From Fervidobacterium sp. (GTDB taxonomy: Bacteria; Thermotogota; Thermotogae; Thermotogales; Fervidobacteriaceae): a stretch of DNA of 43,864 nt. A program made the translations under genes and the position numbers. Within the stretch, counting starts at the first letter, position 1. Every line of letters begins with the position of its first letter. The stretch lies in the NCBI GenBank assembly GCA_039630255.1, contig JBCNVJ010000213.1, forward strand, positions 1-43,864. The letters run 5' to 3'. The notes beneath the pieces were generated by a model that was not told the DNA's origin, ran no database searches, and saw nothing but the letters and a program-made list of their open reading frames with translations. Positions 1 through 9,160 of this stretch are shown here, piece after piece.

Positions 1-1
1 G

Positions 2-118
2 ATCTTAAACAACCGAGTTCAAAGAATACTTTTAAACGATATCCCAGAAGGAAAAAATGTTTCAGAAATAGTTGAATATGTACTAAATAGATTTTGTGAA
101 GTTAATCATCTCCACTAG
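2..118 (+). CDS. 3' end of an upstream gene (partial, product not identifiable)
   Basis: Open frame from the window edge, ILNNRVQRILLNDIPEGKNVSEIVEYVLNRFCEVNHLH*, ending TAG at 116-118, just before the RBS (GAGGA) of the next gene. Confidence 0.5.
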   Translation: MLNNRVQRILLNDIPEGKNVSEIVEYVLNRFCEVNHLH

Positions 119-147
119 TGTGCAATTAATATAAACGAGGATAAAAT

Positions 148-942
148 ATGCTTGTAAATATTGTTGGACTTGGCAAAGTTTCGCTTTCGATAGCAAAACA
201 GTTAAAAGATAAAATACAATTCGGTTACTTGGTTTCTCGTGATTTTGAGAAAGCAATGTTAGTTGCTAAGGAGTTAAATGCTACACCTGTTACTTACAAC
301 GATAATTTTAAATTAAAAGGTATCGTACTATTTGGCCTAAATGATTCAGTCTTACCTAAGGCAAAAAACTTGCTTTTTTCAAAGACAGAAGATATTGTTG
401 CTATTCATTTTAGCGGATTTCACCCTTCCACAGTATTTCCGTTTGATTGGAGTCCGGCAACTATGCATCCAAATTGCGCTGTTGCAAGTGATTCTGCCTT
501 ATTCAAAGATGTGATATTCGGCTTAGAAGGTACTGAAAAAGGAGTTATTATAGCTCAAAAGATTGTTGAACTATTGGAGGGAAAGTATGTAATTATCCCC
601 ACTGACAAGAAGATGATTTATCATCTTGCAGCAGTAATCTCAAGTAATTTTTCCATAGGTTTAGCCTACATTTCCTCTATTTTGTACAAAGAAATAGGAA
701 TTGAAGACGAGATTTCGGAAAAGATAATTTCGCAGCTTCTAAAAACAGTAAGCGAAAATATAGAAAAATTAGGAATAAGTAATGCATTAACAGGACCTAT
801 CAAGCGAGGAGATTGGGATGTGGTAAGAAATGAAAGAAGCGTATTTCTTGACTTTGTTAGAAAAAAGAATATATGTTGTGAGACATTGTATGACGATTTT
901 GTGAAGTTACTTTCGACAATTTTAGAAATTAAAGAAGAATAA
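148..942 (+). CDS. Rossmann-like + DUF2520 domain oxidoreductase (PanG-type ketopantoate reductase-like)
   Basis: N-terminal IVGLGKV Rossmann motif; HFSG, MHP, YHLAAVISSNF and ALTGPIKRGD motifs typical of DUF2520 proteins. Confidence 0.85.
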   Translation: MLVNIVGLGKVSLSIAKQLKDKIQFGYLVSRDFEKAMLVAKELNATPVTYNDNFKLKGIVLFGLNDSVLPKAKNLLFSKTEDIVAIHFSGFHPSTVFPFDWSPATMHPNCAVASDSALFKDVIFGLEGTEKGVIIAQKIVELLEGKYVIIPTDKKMIYHLAAVISSNFSIGLAYISSILYKEIGIEDEISEKIISQLLKTVSENIEKLGISNALTGPIKRGDWDVVRNERSVFLDFVRKKNICCETLYDDFVKLLSTILEIKEE

Positions 943-1021
943 ATTTGGAATGTTGTGTTACCAATCGTTGCACAAGTTATTTGGTCATCAATTGTGAAAA
1001 GTTTATGTTTCGCTTTTAGAT

Positions 1022-1057
1022 AAAAAAGCAGGCATTTGAGCCTGCTTTAATTTTTTT
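1022..1057. terminator. Bidirectional intrinsic terminator between convergent genes
   Basis: Stem AAAGCAGGC(1025-1033)/GCCTGCTTT(1040-1048), 6-nt loop, flanked by an A-run and a T-run. Confidence 0.85.
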
Positions 1058-1072
1058 ATGTTTATTCAGACA

Positions 1073-1507
1073 TCATTCTAATTCAACTAACACTTGACCT
1101 GTGTCGACCGTATCTCCCTCTTTAACCAATACTCTCTTTACGATCCCTGGTCTATCTGCCACTATATCGTTTTCCATCTTCATTGCTTCGAGTATAACAA
1201 CTTTCTGACCATACTCTACTTTCTGTCCACTGTTTACAAGTACTTTTAAAATGACTCCAGACATTGGGGCGTGGATTTTCACACTTTCTGACGCTGGACT
1301 TGATGACTGAACTACAGATTTTTCTTCAACTAACTGTTTTGTTTGGTTTTCTTGCTGCATATTTTGTGTAACTGGCTGCGTCATTTGGATTGGTTGCTTA
1401 GTTTCTTGGAGCTTTTGAGTATGAATTGATGATTGGGCACTTGAAACTTCTTCAACCTCAACAACGTATTCTTTACCGTTTACTCTAACAAGAAATTTCT
1501 TCACCAT
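1073..1507 (-). CDS. mmdC: Biotin carboxyl carrier protein, methylmalonyl-CoA decarboxylase gamma subunit
   Basis: EAMKMEN biotinylation motif; N-terminal KKFLVRVNGKEYVVEVEE typical of MmdC/GcdC; cluster context. Confidence 0.85.
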   Translation of the reverse strand: MVKKFLVRVNGKEYVVEVEEVSSAQSSIHTQKLQETKQPIQMTQPVTQNMQQENQTKQLVEEKSVVQSSSPASESVKIHAPMSGVILKVLVNSGQKVEYGQKVVILEAMKMENDIVADRPGIVKRVLVKEGDTVDTGQVLVELE

Positions 1508-1878
1508 CTATTTCCACCTCTCCAACCATACATTCTCCATTCTTCCCATTCTCTTTTTCCTTTCTTGCTGGCTATTTTATTCATAGGAGTCACTGATTTT
1601 ATAATTACATCCTCCCCTAAGATCGAATATATCGCAGAGAAAACCGCAGCTATTTCTTCATCCTCTATGTTTTTTGTGTCTTTTTGAGTAGTTTCTACAT
1701 TGTGAAAATCAACTATCTTTGGCGCATTTTTTTCTATCTGCTTCGGTAATTTCATCCTTTTGTTTTGGCTGATTCCAATCATTTCCATGATTTTAAAAAT
1801 AGCATAAAGTATTACGAATACAACGAAAACAGTCAGAACACCAACTACTGTTACTGTTAATTCGTTTACTCCTTCCAT
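1501..1878 (-). CDS. mmdD: OadG-family / decarboxylase delta subunit
   Basis: N-terminal TM helix (VVGVLTVFVVFVILYAIF), DEEIAAVFSAI segment and C-terminal W..GW; lies between the alpha and gamma genes. Confidence 0.8.
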   Translation of the reverse strand: MEGVNELTVTVVGVLTVFVVFVILYAIFKIMEMIGISQNKRMKLPKQIEKNAPKIVDFHNVETTQKDTKNIEDEEIAAVFSAIYSILGEDVIIKSVTPMNKIASKKGKREWEEWRMYGWRGGNRW

Positions 1879-1918
1879 TTCATCACCCCGCCATTAAAAG
1901 CAAAAAATATTACTGACC

Positions 1919-3457
1919 TTACAACGGTATATTCCCATGTTTTTTCTTTGGTCTTGGTTCTACTTTTGTCGAACCATATTCAAGTGCTTTTTCTATCCAT
2001 TCTCTTGTTTCTCTTGGATCAATAACAGCGTCTATGTATCCCCTTGAAGCGGCAACGTACGGATTAGCAAACATTTGTCTGTATTCTTCTATTTTTTGCC
2101 TTCGTGTTTCTTCTGGATTCTCAGAACTGTCTATATCCTTTTTGAATATAATATTTGCTGCACCATCCGGACCCATGACTGCTATTTCTGCTGTGGGCCA
2201 TGCTGCAACAAAATCTGCTCCAAGATGTTTGCTTCCCATCGCAATGTATGCTCCTCCGTATGCTTTTCTTAAAATTATCGTTATTTTTGGTACTGTCGCT
2301 TCACTGTAAGCATAGAGTAGCTTCGCCCCGTGCCTTATTATTCCGCCATGTTCTTGTTTTACACCAGGTAAATAGCCTGGAGTATCTACGAAAGTTAATA
2401 TTGGAATATTGAATGCGTCAAGGAATCTAATAAACCTTGCTGCTTTATCAGAAGAATCTATATCAAGAACACCTGCTAAATAATTAGGTTGATTAGCAAC
2501 TACACCAACAGAGTGACCGTTTATTCTAGCAAACCCAACTACAATACTTTTAGCAAAGTGTTCGTGAACTTCAAAAAACACGCCATCATCGACTATCCTT
2601 TTTATAACATCCCTAACATCAAAGCCTTTCCTTGAATCAATTGGTACTATCGTATGAATGTCTGATGAATCTGGCTTTGCAAATTCATCTTTTGTTGGTG
2701 GCTCTTCCATATTGTTTTGAGGAATATAAGAAAGAAGAGTTTTAACCATTTCAATTGCCTGTCTATCATCCGACGCGAGAAAATGTGCATTACCACTCTT
2801 TGAATTGTGGACATATGCACCACCAAGATCTTCCTTAGATATGTCTTCTCCTGTGACAGCCTTTATAACATTTGGACCTGTTATAAACATTTGAGCTGTT
2901 TTATCAACCATCAAAACAAAGTCGGTGATAGCCGGAGAATAAACAGCTCCACCTGCACAAGGACCGGAGATAACTGTTATTTGAGGAATTAATCCTGATG
3001 CCAACGTATTCCTATAAAATATTTCGCCATACCCATAAAGTGAGTCTACACCTTCTTGAATTCTTGCGCCACCTGAATCATTGATACCAACAAGAGGTAT
3101 ACCAAGCTTCATTGCTAAATCCATTATTTTTGCTATTTTCTTTGCGTGCATTTCACCAAGTGAACCACCCATAACCGTAAAATCTTGTGAAAATGCAGCA
3201 ACAGGTCTTCCATTAACCTTACCAATTCCTGTGACAACCCCGTCAGCTGGTAATTTCATTTTATCAAGACCGAACGTTGTGTTTCTGTGTTTTACGAATT
3301 TGTCAATTTCTTCAAATGTACCTTGATCGAAAAGTAATTCGAGTCGTTCCCTCGCTGTCAATTTGCCCTCTGCATGTTGCTTTTCTATTTTTTCTTGCCC
3401 ACCACCAATTTCGATTTCTTTTTCCAACTCTTTCAACTTTTGTATTAGTTCATCCAT
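1919..3457 (-). CDS. mmdA: Acyl-CoA carboxyltransferase, methylmalonyl-CoA decarboxylase alpha subunit
   Basis: GKLTARERL, QDFTVMGGSLG, DSGGARIQEG, GPCAGGAVYSPA, RKAYGGAY and KKHGNIPL motifs. Start moved to ATG 3457 behind RBS AAAGGAG (512 aa), because the longer track ORF overlaps mce. Confidence 0.9.
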   Translation of the reverse strand: MDELIQKLKELEKEIEIGGGQEKIEKQHAEGKLTARERLELLFDQGTFEEIDKFVKHRNTTFGLDKMKLPADGVVTGIGKVNGRPVAAFSQDFTVMGGSLGEMHAKKIAKIMDLAMKLGIPLVGINDSGGARIQEGVDSLYGYGEIFYRNTLASGLIPQITVISGPCAGGAVYSPAITDFVLMVDKTAQMFITGPNVIKAVTGEDISKEDLGGAYVHNSKSGNAHFLASDDRQAIEMVKTLLSYIPQNNMEEPPTKDEFAKPDSSDIHTIVPIDSRKGFDVRDVIKRIVDDGVFFEVHEHFAKSIVVGFARINGHSVGVVANQPNYLAGVLDIDSSDKAARFIRFLDAFNIPILTFVDTPGYLPGVKQEHGGIIRHGAKLLYAYSEATVPKITIILRKAYGGAYIAMGSKHLGADFVAAWPTAEIAVMGPDGAANIIFKKDIDSSENPEETRRQKIEEYRQMFANPYVAASRGYIDAVIDPRETREWIEKALEYGSTKVEPRPKKKHGNIPL

Positions 3458-3485
3458 CGATGTTTCAACTCCTTTCGTTTTAAAA

Positions 3486-3893
3486 TCAATGTTCACCTTC
3501 AACAAGTTCGACAAGAACTCCACCTGTTGTTTTCGGATGCAAAAATAAAACCTTCGTACCCGAAGCTCCTTTTTTTGGTTCTTCGGAGAGCGGATGGAGT
3601 CCATTCTCCTTGGCAAGTTTAACCGCTTCATCTATACCCTCTACGTTAAACGCTATGTGGTGGATACCCTCACCTTTTTTTTCTAAGAATCCAGAAACTT
3701 CCGAATTTTCATTCATAGGTTCGAGCAACTCTATCCGTGTATCTCCAACTTTTATAAAGTACACTCTAAGTCCACGCTCTGGAAGCTCTTCAACTTCTGA
3801 AACTTCAAGCCCAAGGAAATCTTTGTAAAGTCTTAATTTTTCGCTTGCCTCTCTTACAACAATACCTATGTGATCTATTCTTTTGGTCAACAT
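3486..3893 (-). CDS. mce: Methylmalonyl-CoA epimerase
   Basis: IDHIGIVV, IELLEP, GEGIHHIAF and FLHPKTTGGVLVELVE VOC-family motifs; RBS GGAGG. Confidence 0.92.
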   Translation of the reverse strand: MLTKRIDHIGIVVREASEKLRLYKDFLGLEVSEVEELPERGLRVYFIKVGDTRIELLEPMNENSEVSGFLEKKGEGIHHIAFNVEGIDEAVKLAKENGLHPLSEEPKKGASGTKVLFLHPKTTGGVLVELVEGEH

Positions 3894-3942
3894 ATGAAAA
3901 ACCTCCTGCTACAGTGGGATTATGACTTCAAATTCTGATAAT

Positions 3943-3971
3943 ATTCTATCTTGCGAATATTGTTTCATCAA
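3943..3971 (-). promoter_or_regulatory. Putative sigma70 promoter of the mce-mmdA-mmdD-mmdC operon
   Basis: Minus strand TTGATG-N17-TAGAAT, ~50 nt upstream of the mce start. Confidence 0.45.
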
Positions 3972-4291
3972 ATCCAACCAAGTGCCTTTGCTGTTCTTTT
4001 GATGAAACTTTCAAGTGCTTTCTTCCCAAGATCTGTTTTTGCGTATATTTCTAAGAATTCATTCACTGAACATTTTATTACTTTTACCTGGTTTACAGCT
4101 GTACATGTTTCGGTGTAGACTTCATCGATTAACGCTTCAAGTCCAAAAATATCGGGTTCTCTCTCTGAAAGAGTGCATTCGTATGAGCCAACTTTTGATT
4201 TTACATTTCCTGATTTAATTATATAAACGTAATCACCTTTTTCACCATTTTTGATAATAATGTCTCCAGGTGAAAAATCAATTGTTTCCAC
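3968..4291 (-). CDS. Stand-alone cyclic-nucleotide-binding (cNMP) domain protein with degenerate phosphate-binding cassette
   Basis: FSPGDIIIKNGEKGDYVYIIKSGNV beta-barrel pattern; FGLEAL...YTETCTA lacks the conserved Arg. Confidence 0.8.
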   Translation of the reverse strand: METIDFSPGDIIIKNGEKGDYVYIIKSGNVKSKVGSYECTLSEREPDIFGLEALIDEVYTETCTAVNQVKVIKCSVNEFLEIYAKTDLGKKALESFIKRTAKALGWI

Positions 4292-5018
4292 GTATCATCA
4301 CCTCAATAACTTTGGATGTTTTATTAAACCTTCTCCATAAGATATTTCCCTCATCTTTGTAAATTCCCTCTAGTGCCTTCAGCGCCTCATAACAATATTC
4401 AAGTTCTCGCGGAAAGTAAAGAAGTACCTTTTTGAGTAACGCTTTCGCCAAAAACTTGTCATTTAGTATAATGTACACTTTTGCTGCGGTTTCAATTAGT
4501 AATCTCGCCCCCACAGTTTCTTGTGGAAATTTTTCGAGAAATCTTCTAACCAAGTTCACCTTTGTAATTAATTTATCATCCTCAAGTTGCTGAATCATTT
4601 TGATAGCTTCGTTCTTGTCATCGGGTAATTCACCAGCCGATAAAGTGAGCAAAGCTTCAACTTGATCCAAGTACTCGTCTAAATCAACGTTTTCAAATTC
4701 AAAGTCTTCTAAGACTATATTTTCCACATCTATTGATGTCTGATATATGATTTTTCTTAATTCAACAGTCTTCTTTATTATATCAGTATATTCCTCTTCC
4801 CAACTAACGTCAGCTATCTCAGACTCATCTATAGCGATGATATCTTCCTCGAGAGGAAGTCCCGTAAAGTACTCCAAAAGAGCAACATAATCTCCTGCCT
4901 TCAAGTCGTGATAGGTCTTATTTCTTGTTTCTCTTACAGTTCCTGAAACTACTTTAAATAACCTTTTTGGAATTTCGCCTTCTTTAAATATCACACCTTC
5001 TATCTTCACTACTGGCAC
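4278..5018 (-). CDS. Degenerate cNMP domain + TPR-like helical domain protein
   Basis: VIFKEGEIPKRLFKVVSGTV...LKAGDYV cNMP pattern; C-terminal FLEKFP / AKALLKKVLLYFP TPR-like helices. The start may be GTG 5009. Confidence 0.7.
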   Translation of the reverse strand: MPVVKIEGVIFKEGEIPKRLFKVVSGTVRETRNKTYHDLKAGDYVALLEYFTGLPLEEDIIAIDESEIADVSWEEEYTDIIKKTVELRKIIYQTSIDVENIVLEDFEFENVDLDEYLDQVEALLTLSAGELPDDKNEAIKMIQQLEDDKLITKVNLVRRFLEKFPQETVGARLLIETAAKVYIILNDKFLAKALLKKVLLYFPRELEYCYEALKALEGIYKDEGNILWRRFNKTSKVIEVMIRGNN

Positions 5019-5027
5019 TTCCTTTCA

Positions 5028-7625
5028 TTAATTTCTTTTTATTTTCAATTTAGGACGTTTCTTTTCCGCAGATTTATCTTCCGTTATAAGTTTAAACTCA
5101 TCGTGTATTGTATTAACACGCGCAAGCTCTTTCTTGGACTCTTCTTCAGCTCTATTATCAATTCTTCTAAGATTGAGTAAGTAAGATACTGAAAGTTCAT
5201 ATGTTTTGAGCATCATGTCGTTAAACATATTGTATGTTTCTTTTTTGAATTCTAAAACTGGATCCCTTTGTCCATAACTTCTAAGTCTTACTGATTCTTT
5301 AACATGTTCAACTTCTTCAAGATACTGCCTCCAATTTTCATCAATTACTCTTAATACTATGAATCTTGCCACATGTTCAAATTCGTCAAGTCCAAATTCT
5401 TCTTTCTTTTTTAAGTAAGCTATTTTTATCTGACTTACCAAATCTTCTTTTAATTTCTCTCTGTCATCTATTTTTTTGTCCACTTCAACAAACTCTCTTA
5501 TAACAGCAAAAGAATCCTTTAATCCTTCCCAGTTCCATTCAGGACCTGTACAAAATTCATCAAGCCTAGATTCGACAAATTTTTCAGTTGCTTCATTCAT
5601 AAAGTTGTCTACATCATGTTCAAGTATGTAGTCCCTATAACCGTATATTGCACGTCTTTGGGTATCAAGCACACTGTCCAATTCAAGAAGGTACTTACGA
5701 ACGGAAAAGTTTATCCCTTCAACCTTTTTTTGAATCTGCTCAATCAACTTGGTTAACAACGGATGGTATATGGGTTGTCCTGGCTCAATCTTCACCATAT
5801 CCATTACTTTCTGGATTTTATCACCACCAAAAATTCTCATTAAATCATCCTCAACAGATAAGAAGAATATCGATTCTCCAGGATCACCTTGTCTTCCTGC
5901 TCTACCACGTAACTGATTATCAATACGTCTACTTTCGTGTCTTTCAGTACCTATAATCAACAATCCTCCAAGCTCTTTAACGCCAGGACCAAGCTTGATA
6001 TCTGTTCCTCTACCCGCCATATTTGTTGCTATCGTAACCATTCCTTTTTGACCTGCTTGAGCAACTATCTGTGCCTCTTTTTCATGATATTTTGCATTCA
6101 AAACCTGGTGAGGAATTTTTTCCTTTTTTAGCATTTCACTTAGTTTTTCACTCTTTTCAATTGATGTTGTACCAACAAGAACGGGTTGACCTTTTTCATA
6201 ACGTTTTTTTATCTCTTCAACTATTGCTTTGTATTTCTCTTCAACAGAACGATATATTAAATCATCTCTGTCTATTCTTATCATAGGTTTATGGGTAGGT
6301 ATCACAACAACATCCATACCGTAAATCGTTTTGAATTCTTGTTCTTCGGTTTTTGCCGTTCCCGTCATACCAGCTATCTTCTCGTACATTCTAAAGTAAT
6401 TCTGGTAAGTTATTGTAGCGTACGTGATGCTTTCTTCCTTTATTGGTACGCCTTCTTTTGCTTCTATTGCCTGATGAAGTCCTCCACTGTACCTTCTACC
6501 TGGCAGTACACGACCTGTGAATTCATCAACGATCAGCACTTGACCATTGTGAACTATGTAATCTACGTCTTTTTTAAACAAATGAATCGCTTTTAAAGAA
6601 TTTGTTATGTGATAAATACTGTTGACATTCACCGGGTCATACAAATTTTCAACACCAAGTAATTTTTCAAGATACTCTATTCCATCATCTGTTAATAAAA
6701 CTGTTCTGTGTTCTTCGTCCAATTTGAAATGTTTATCTTTTTCAAGACGTTTTGCTATTTGATAAAATTGTTTGTAAACGCTCGCGTTATTTTTCGATGG
6801 TCCACTTATTATCAACGGTGTTCGTGCTTCATCAATTAAAATACTATCAACTTCGTCCACTATAGCATAAAAATGACCTGTTTGAACCTTATCATCAATT
6901 GATACCACAAGATTATCTCTAAGATAGTCAAATCCAAACTCTGAATTGGTTCCATATGTTACATCACACTTGTAAGCTTCTTTTTTGCTAACTTCGATTA
7001 GATCAACTTCAAACGCCTCAACAGCTTTTTTTACTTTTGCTTCGTCGGGTAAAAATTCCCCAGTAAAATTATCCGGCCATACACAATAGTTTTCTTTTAG
7101 ACCTTTTTGGGCAAGATCGGGGTTTTTCCAAACAACTTCGAATGCTTTACCAGTTGTATTAATTACGCCTACCCTGAGTCCTAAGGATAGATATATAGGT
7201 CCCATCCACAAAGCATCACGTTTTGCAAGATAATCGTTAACAGTTACCATGTGTATATTTTTGTTCATTAGGGAATTTAAAACAACAGGAGCTGTTGCCA
7301 CAAGTGTTTTACCTTCTCCTGTTTTCATCTCAGCAATCTTGCCTCTGTGAAGCACGATGCCACCTATAAGCTGAACATCAAAATGCCGCATTCCAACGGT
7401 TCGTCTTGCCGCTTCTCTTACAAAAGCAAAAACTTTTTGCAGATGCTCATCAAGCTCACTAGCATTTTTTACTTCTCCTTTATTTTTGAGTATGTAATTT
7501 CTCATATCTTCAAAACTCATTTTGACTACTTCTTTTTCAAGTTCATTTATTCTCTCAACAATTTTCTTTGCCTTTCTAAGTTCCATCTCATTTTTATCAA
7601 AAATCTTTCCAAAGGTTTTGAACAT
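5028..7625 (-). CDS. secA: Preprotein translocase ATPase SecA
   Basis: [45 protein letters not shown] and [18 protein letters not shown] motifs. Confidence 0.99.
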   Translation of the reverse strand: MFKTFGKIFDKNEMELRKAKKIVERINELEKEVVKMSFEDMRNYILKNKGEVKNASELDEHLQKVFAFVREAARRTVGMRHFDVQLIGGIVLHRGKIAEMKTGEGKTLVATAPVVLNSLMNKNIHMVTVNDYLAKRDALWMGPIYLSLGLRVGVINTTGKAFEVVWKNPDLAQKGLKENYCVWPDNFTGEFLPDEAKVKKAVEAFEVDLIEVSKKEAYKCDVTYGTNSEFGFDYLRDNLVVSIDDKVQTGHFYAIVDEVDSILIDEARTPLIISGPSKNNASVYKQFYQIAKRLEKDKHFKLDEEHRTVLLTDDGIEYLEKLLGVENLYDPVNVNSIYHITNSLKAIHLFKKDVDYIVHNGQVLIVDEFTGRVLPGRRYSGGLHQAIEAKEGVPIKEESITYATITYQNYFRMYEKIAGMTGTAKTEEQEFKTIYGMDVVVIPTHKPMIRIDRDDLIYRSVEEKYKAIVEEIKKRYEKGQPVLVGTTSIEKSEKLSEMLKKEKIPHQVLNAKYHEKEAQIVAQAGQKGMVTIATNMAGRGTDIKLGPGVKELGGLLIIGTERHESRRIDNQLRGRAGRQGDPGESIFFLSVEDDLMRIFGGDKIQKVMDMVKIEPGQPIYHPLLTKLIEQIQKKVEGINFSVRKYLLELDSVLDTQRRAIYGYRDYILEHDVDNFMNEATEKFVESRLDEFCTGPEWNWEGLKDSFAVIREFVEVDKKIDDREKLKEDLVSQIKIAYLKKKEEFGLDEFEHVARFIVLRVIDENWRQYLEEVEHVKESVRLRSYGQRDPVLEFKKETYNMFNDMMLKTYELSVSYLLNLRRIDNRAEEESKKELARVNTIHDEFKLITEDKSAEKKRPKLKIKRN

Positions 7626-7682
7626 TGTTTACCACTCCTTTTATTGCTTATAATTAAAAGATCTATATTACCTATATTATTT

Positions 7683-7691
7683 ATTATACCA
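7683..7691 (-). promoter_or_regulatory. Putative extended -10 promoter of secA
   Basis: Minus strand TGgTATAAT ~60 nt upstream of the secA ATG and just downstream of the korA terminator. Confidence 0.5.
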
Positions 7692-7714
7692 TGAACCTTA
7701 AATTGCACATGTAT

Positions 7715-7748
7715 AAAAATAAAAAAGGTCACCCATTTTGGATGACCT
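7715..7748 (-). terminator. Intrinsic terminator after korA
   Basis: Minus strand AGGTCATCCA-AAA-TGGGTGACCT followed by TTTTTATTTTT. Confidence 0.8.
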
Positions 7749-7756
7749 AAGGTCAA

Positions 7757-8923
7757 TCAAAAATCTATTCCTTCGAGGAGCATGTTATTTAGTTCAGTCA
7801 AAATCTCATGAGGCGCAATCAATTCGCCTCCCACTCGACTCAGCAACCTCAACTTTGTTCCAGGTTTTACAAATTTCACAATTTCGCTTGCATATTGTCC
7901 AAGGTTCATCTCTGCAACAAGTATGTTTTGCACATTTGATAATCTCTTTTTCATTTTTTCAACAGGGATAGGCCATATAGTAATTGGTCTTAGTAACCCA
8001 ACCTTTATACCTTCTTCACGTGCCATCAAGACAGCCTCTTTTGCGGATCTTGCAACTGAGCCGTAGGCTATTATAACAGTCTCTGCATCATCCATCATAA
8101 ATTCCTCGCACTGTGAAATTTTATCTATGTGTAGTTTTATTTTATTCACCAATCTTCTAATCAGTTTTTCCGCTGTTTCCATAGTTGCCATAGGAAATCC
8201 AGATTCATCATGAACAAGCCCAGAAACATGGAACTTTGCACGTCCCATTTCAACAAGCGATGGTGGTAGATTCTCTGCGTATTCGGTTTCAGAAAATGGT
8301 ACGAAAATTTCCTCCTCTTCTAGTTCTTTTGAAGTCACGCGTTCCACAACTTCTATCTCACTATCAGGTGGTAATATGAAGTTTTCGTACATATGCCCAA
8401 GTACTTCGTCCATTAGTAATATCACGGGGGTTCTATATTCCTCAGCAAGATTGAATGCCCTTATTGTAAATTTGTAGACTTCCTCAACAGTTGATGGATA
8501 AATAGCTATTATTGCATGATCTCCGTGTGTACCCCACCGTGCCTGCATTATATCCCCTTGAGAAGGTTTTGTCGGCATACCGGTGGACGGACCGCCACGC
8601 ATTACATTTACAAACACAGTTGGAGTTTCCGTCATTATGGCATATCCTATAGCCTCTTGCATTAAACTAAAACCAGGTCCGCTCGTTGCAGTCATGGATT
8701 TTGTCCCAGAAAGTGAAGCACCTATAATTGCCGCAGCACTTGCAATCTCATCCTCCATTTGGATAAACACACCACCGACCTTTGGAAGTTCACGTGCCAT
8801 TGCTTCTGCAATTTCAGAAGATGGAGTAATGGGATATCCTGCATAAAATCTACACCCCGCCCTAATTGCTCCATATGCACATGCTTCATTACCCTGCCAA
8901 AATACCATTCGAGAATTAGGCAT
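7757..8923 (-). CDS. korA: 2-oxoacid:ferredoxin oxidoreductase alpha subunit (KorA-like)
   Basis: GNEA, FYAGYPITPSSEI, QMEDE, TATSGPGFSLM and RGGPSTGMPT motifs; substrate specificity cannot be determined from sequence alone. Confidence 0.9.
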   Translation of the reverse strand: MPNSRMVFWQGNEACAYGAIRAGCRFYAGYPITPSSEIAEAMARELPKVGGVFIQMEDEIASAAAIIGASLSGTKSMTATSGPGFSLMQEAIGYAIMTETPTVFVNVMRGGPSTGMPTKPSQGDIMQARWGTHGDHAIIAIYPSTVEEVYKFTIRAFNLAEEYRTPVILLMDEVLGHMYENFILPPDSEIEVVERVTSKELEEEEIFVPFSETEYAENLPPSLVEMGRAKFHVSGLVHDESGFPMATMETAEKLIRRLVNKIKLHIDKISQCEEFMMDDAETVIIAYGSVARSAKEAVLMAREEGIKVGLLRPITIWPIPVEKMKKRLSNVQNILVAEMNLGQYASEIVKFVKPGTKLRLLSRVGGELIAPHEILTELNNMLLEGIDF

Positions 8924-9143
8924 TTTCTACACCTGCCTTCTCTTTGACCTCTACTATATTTATAACAAAATCAGGACACAGATTTTCGCACATAAGACAA
9001 CCTATACATGTAGTATGATCTGGCACTGCTGGTTTATTCAATTCACCTCTTATTATAGTTTTAGTTGGGCAGATGTGATAACATATACCACACGCTTTGC
9101 ACCATTCGTACTTAATTTCTACTCTGAACTGCCTTTTCGCCAT
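8916..9143 (-). CDS. korD: 2[4Fe-4S] ferredoxin, oxidoreductase delta subunit
   Basis: CKACGICYHICP and CIGCLMCENLCPDF; overlaps the korA start. Confidence 0.88.
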   Translation of the reverse strand: MAKRQFRVEIKYEWCKACGICYHICPTKTIIRGELNKPAVPDHTTCIGCLMCENLCPDFVINIVEVKEKAGVENA

Positions 9144-9160
9144 TAAAACACCTCCAGTTT

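Noticed and set aside
3458-3631. 58-aa N-terminal extension of the carboxyltransferase in the ORF track
   Set aside because: It overlaps mce in another frame; RBS AAAGGAG and family length support ATG 3457
7547-7756. 69-aa minus-strand ORF spanning the korA terminator and secA start
   Set aside because: It crosses a terminator and promoter and overlaps secA out of frame
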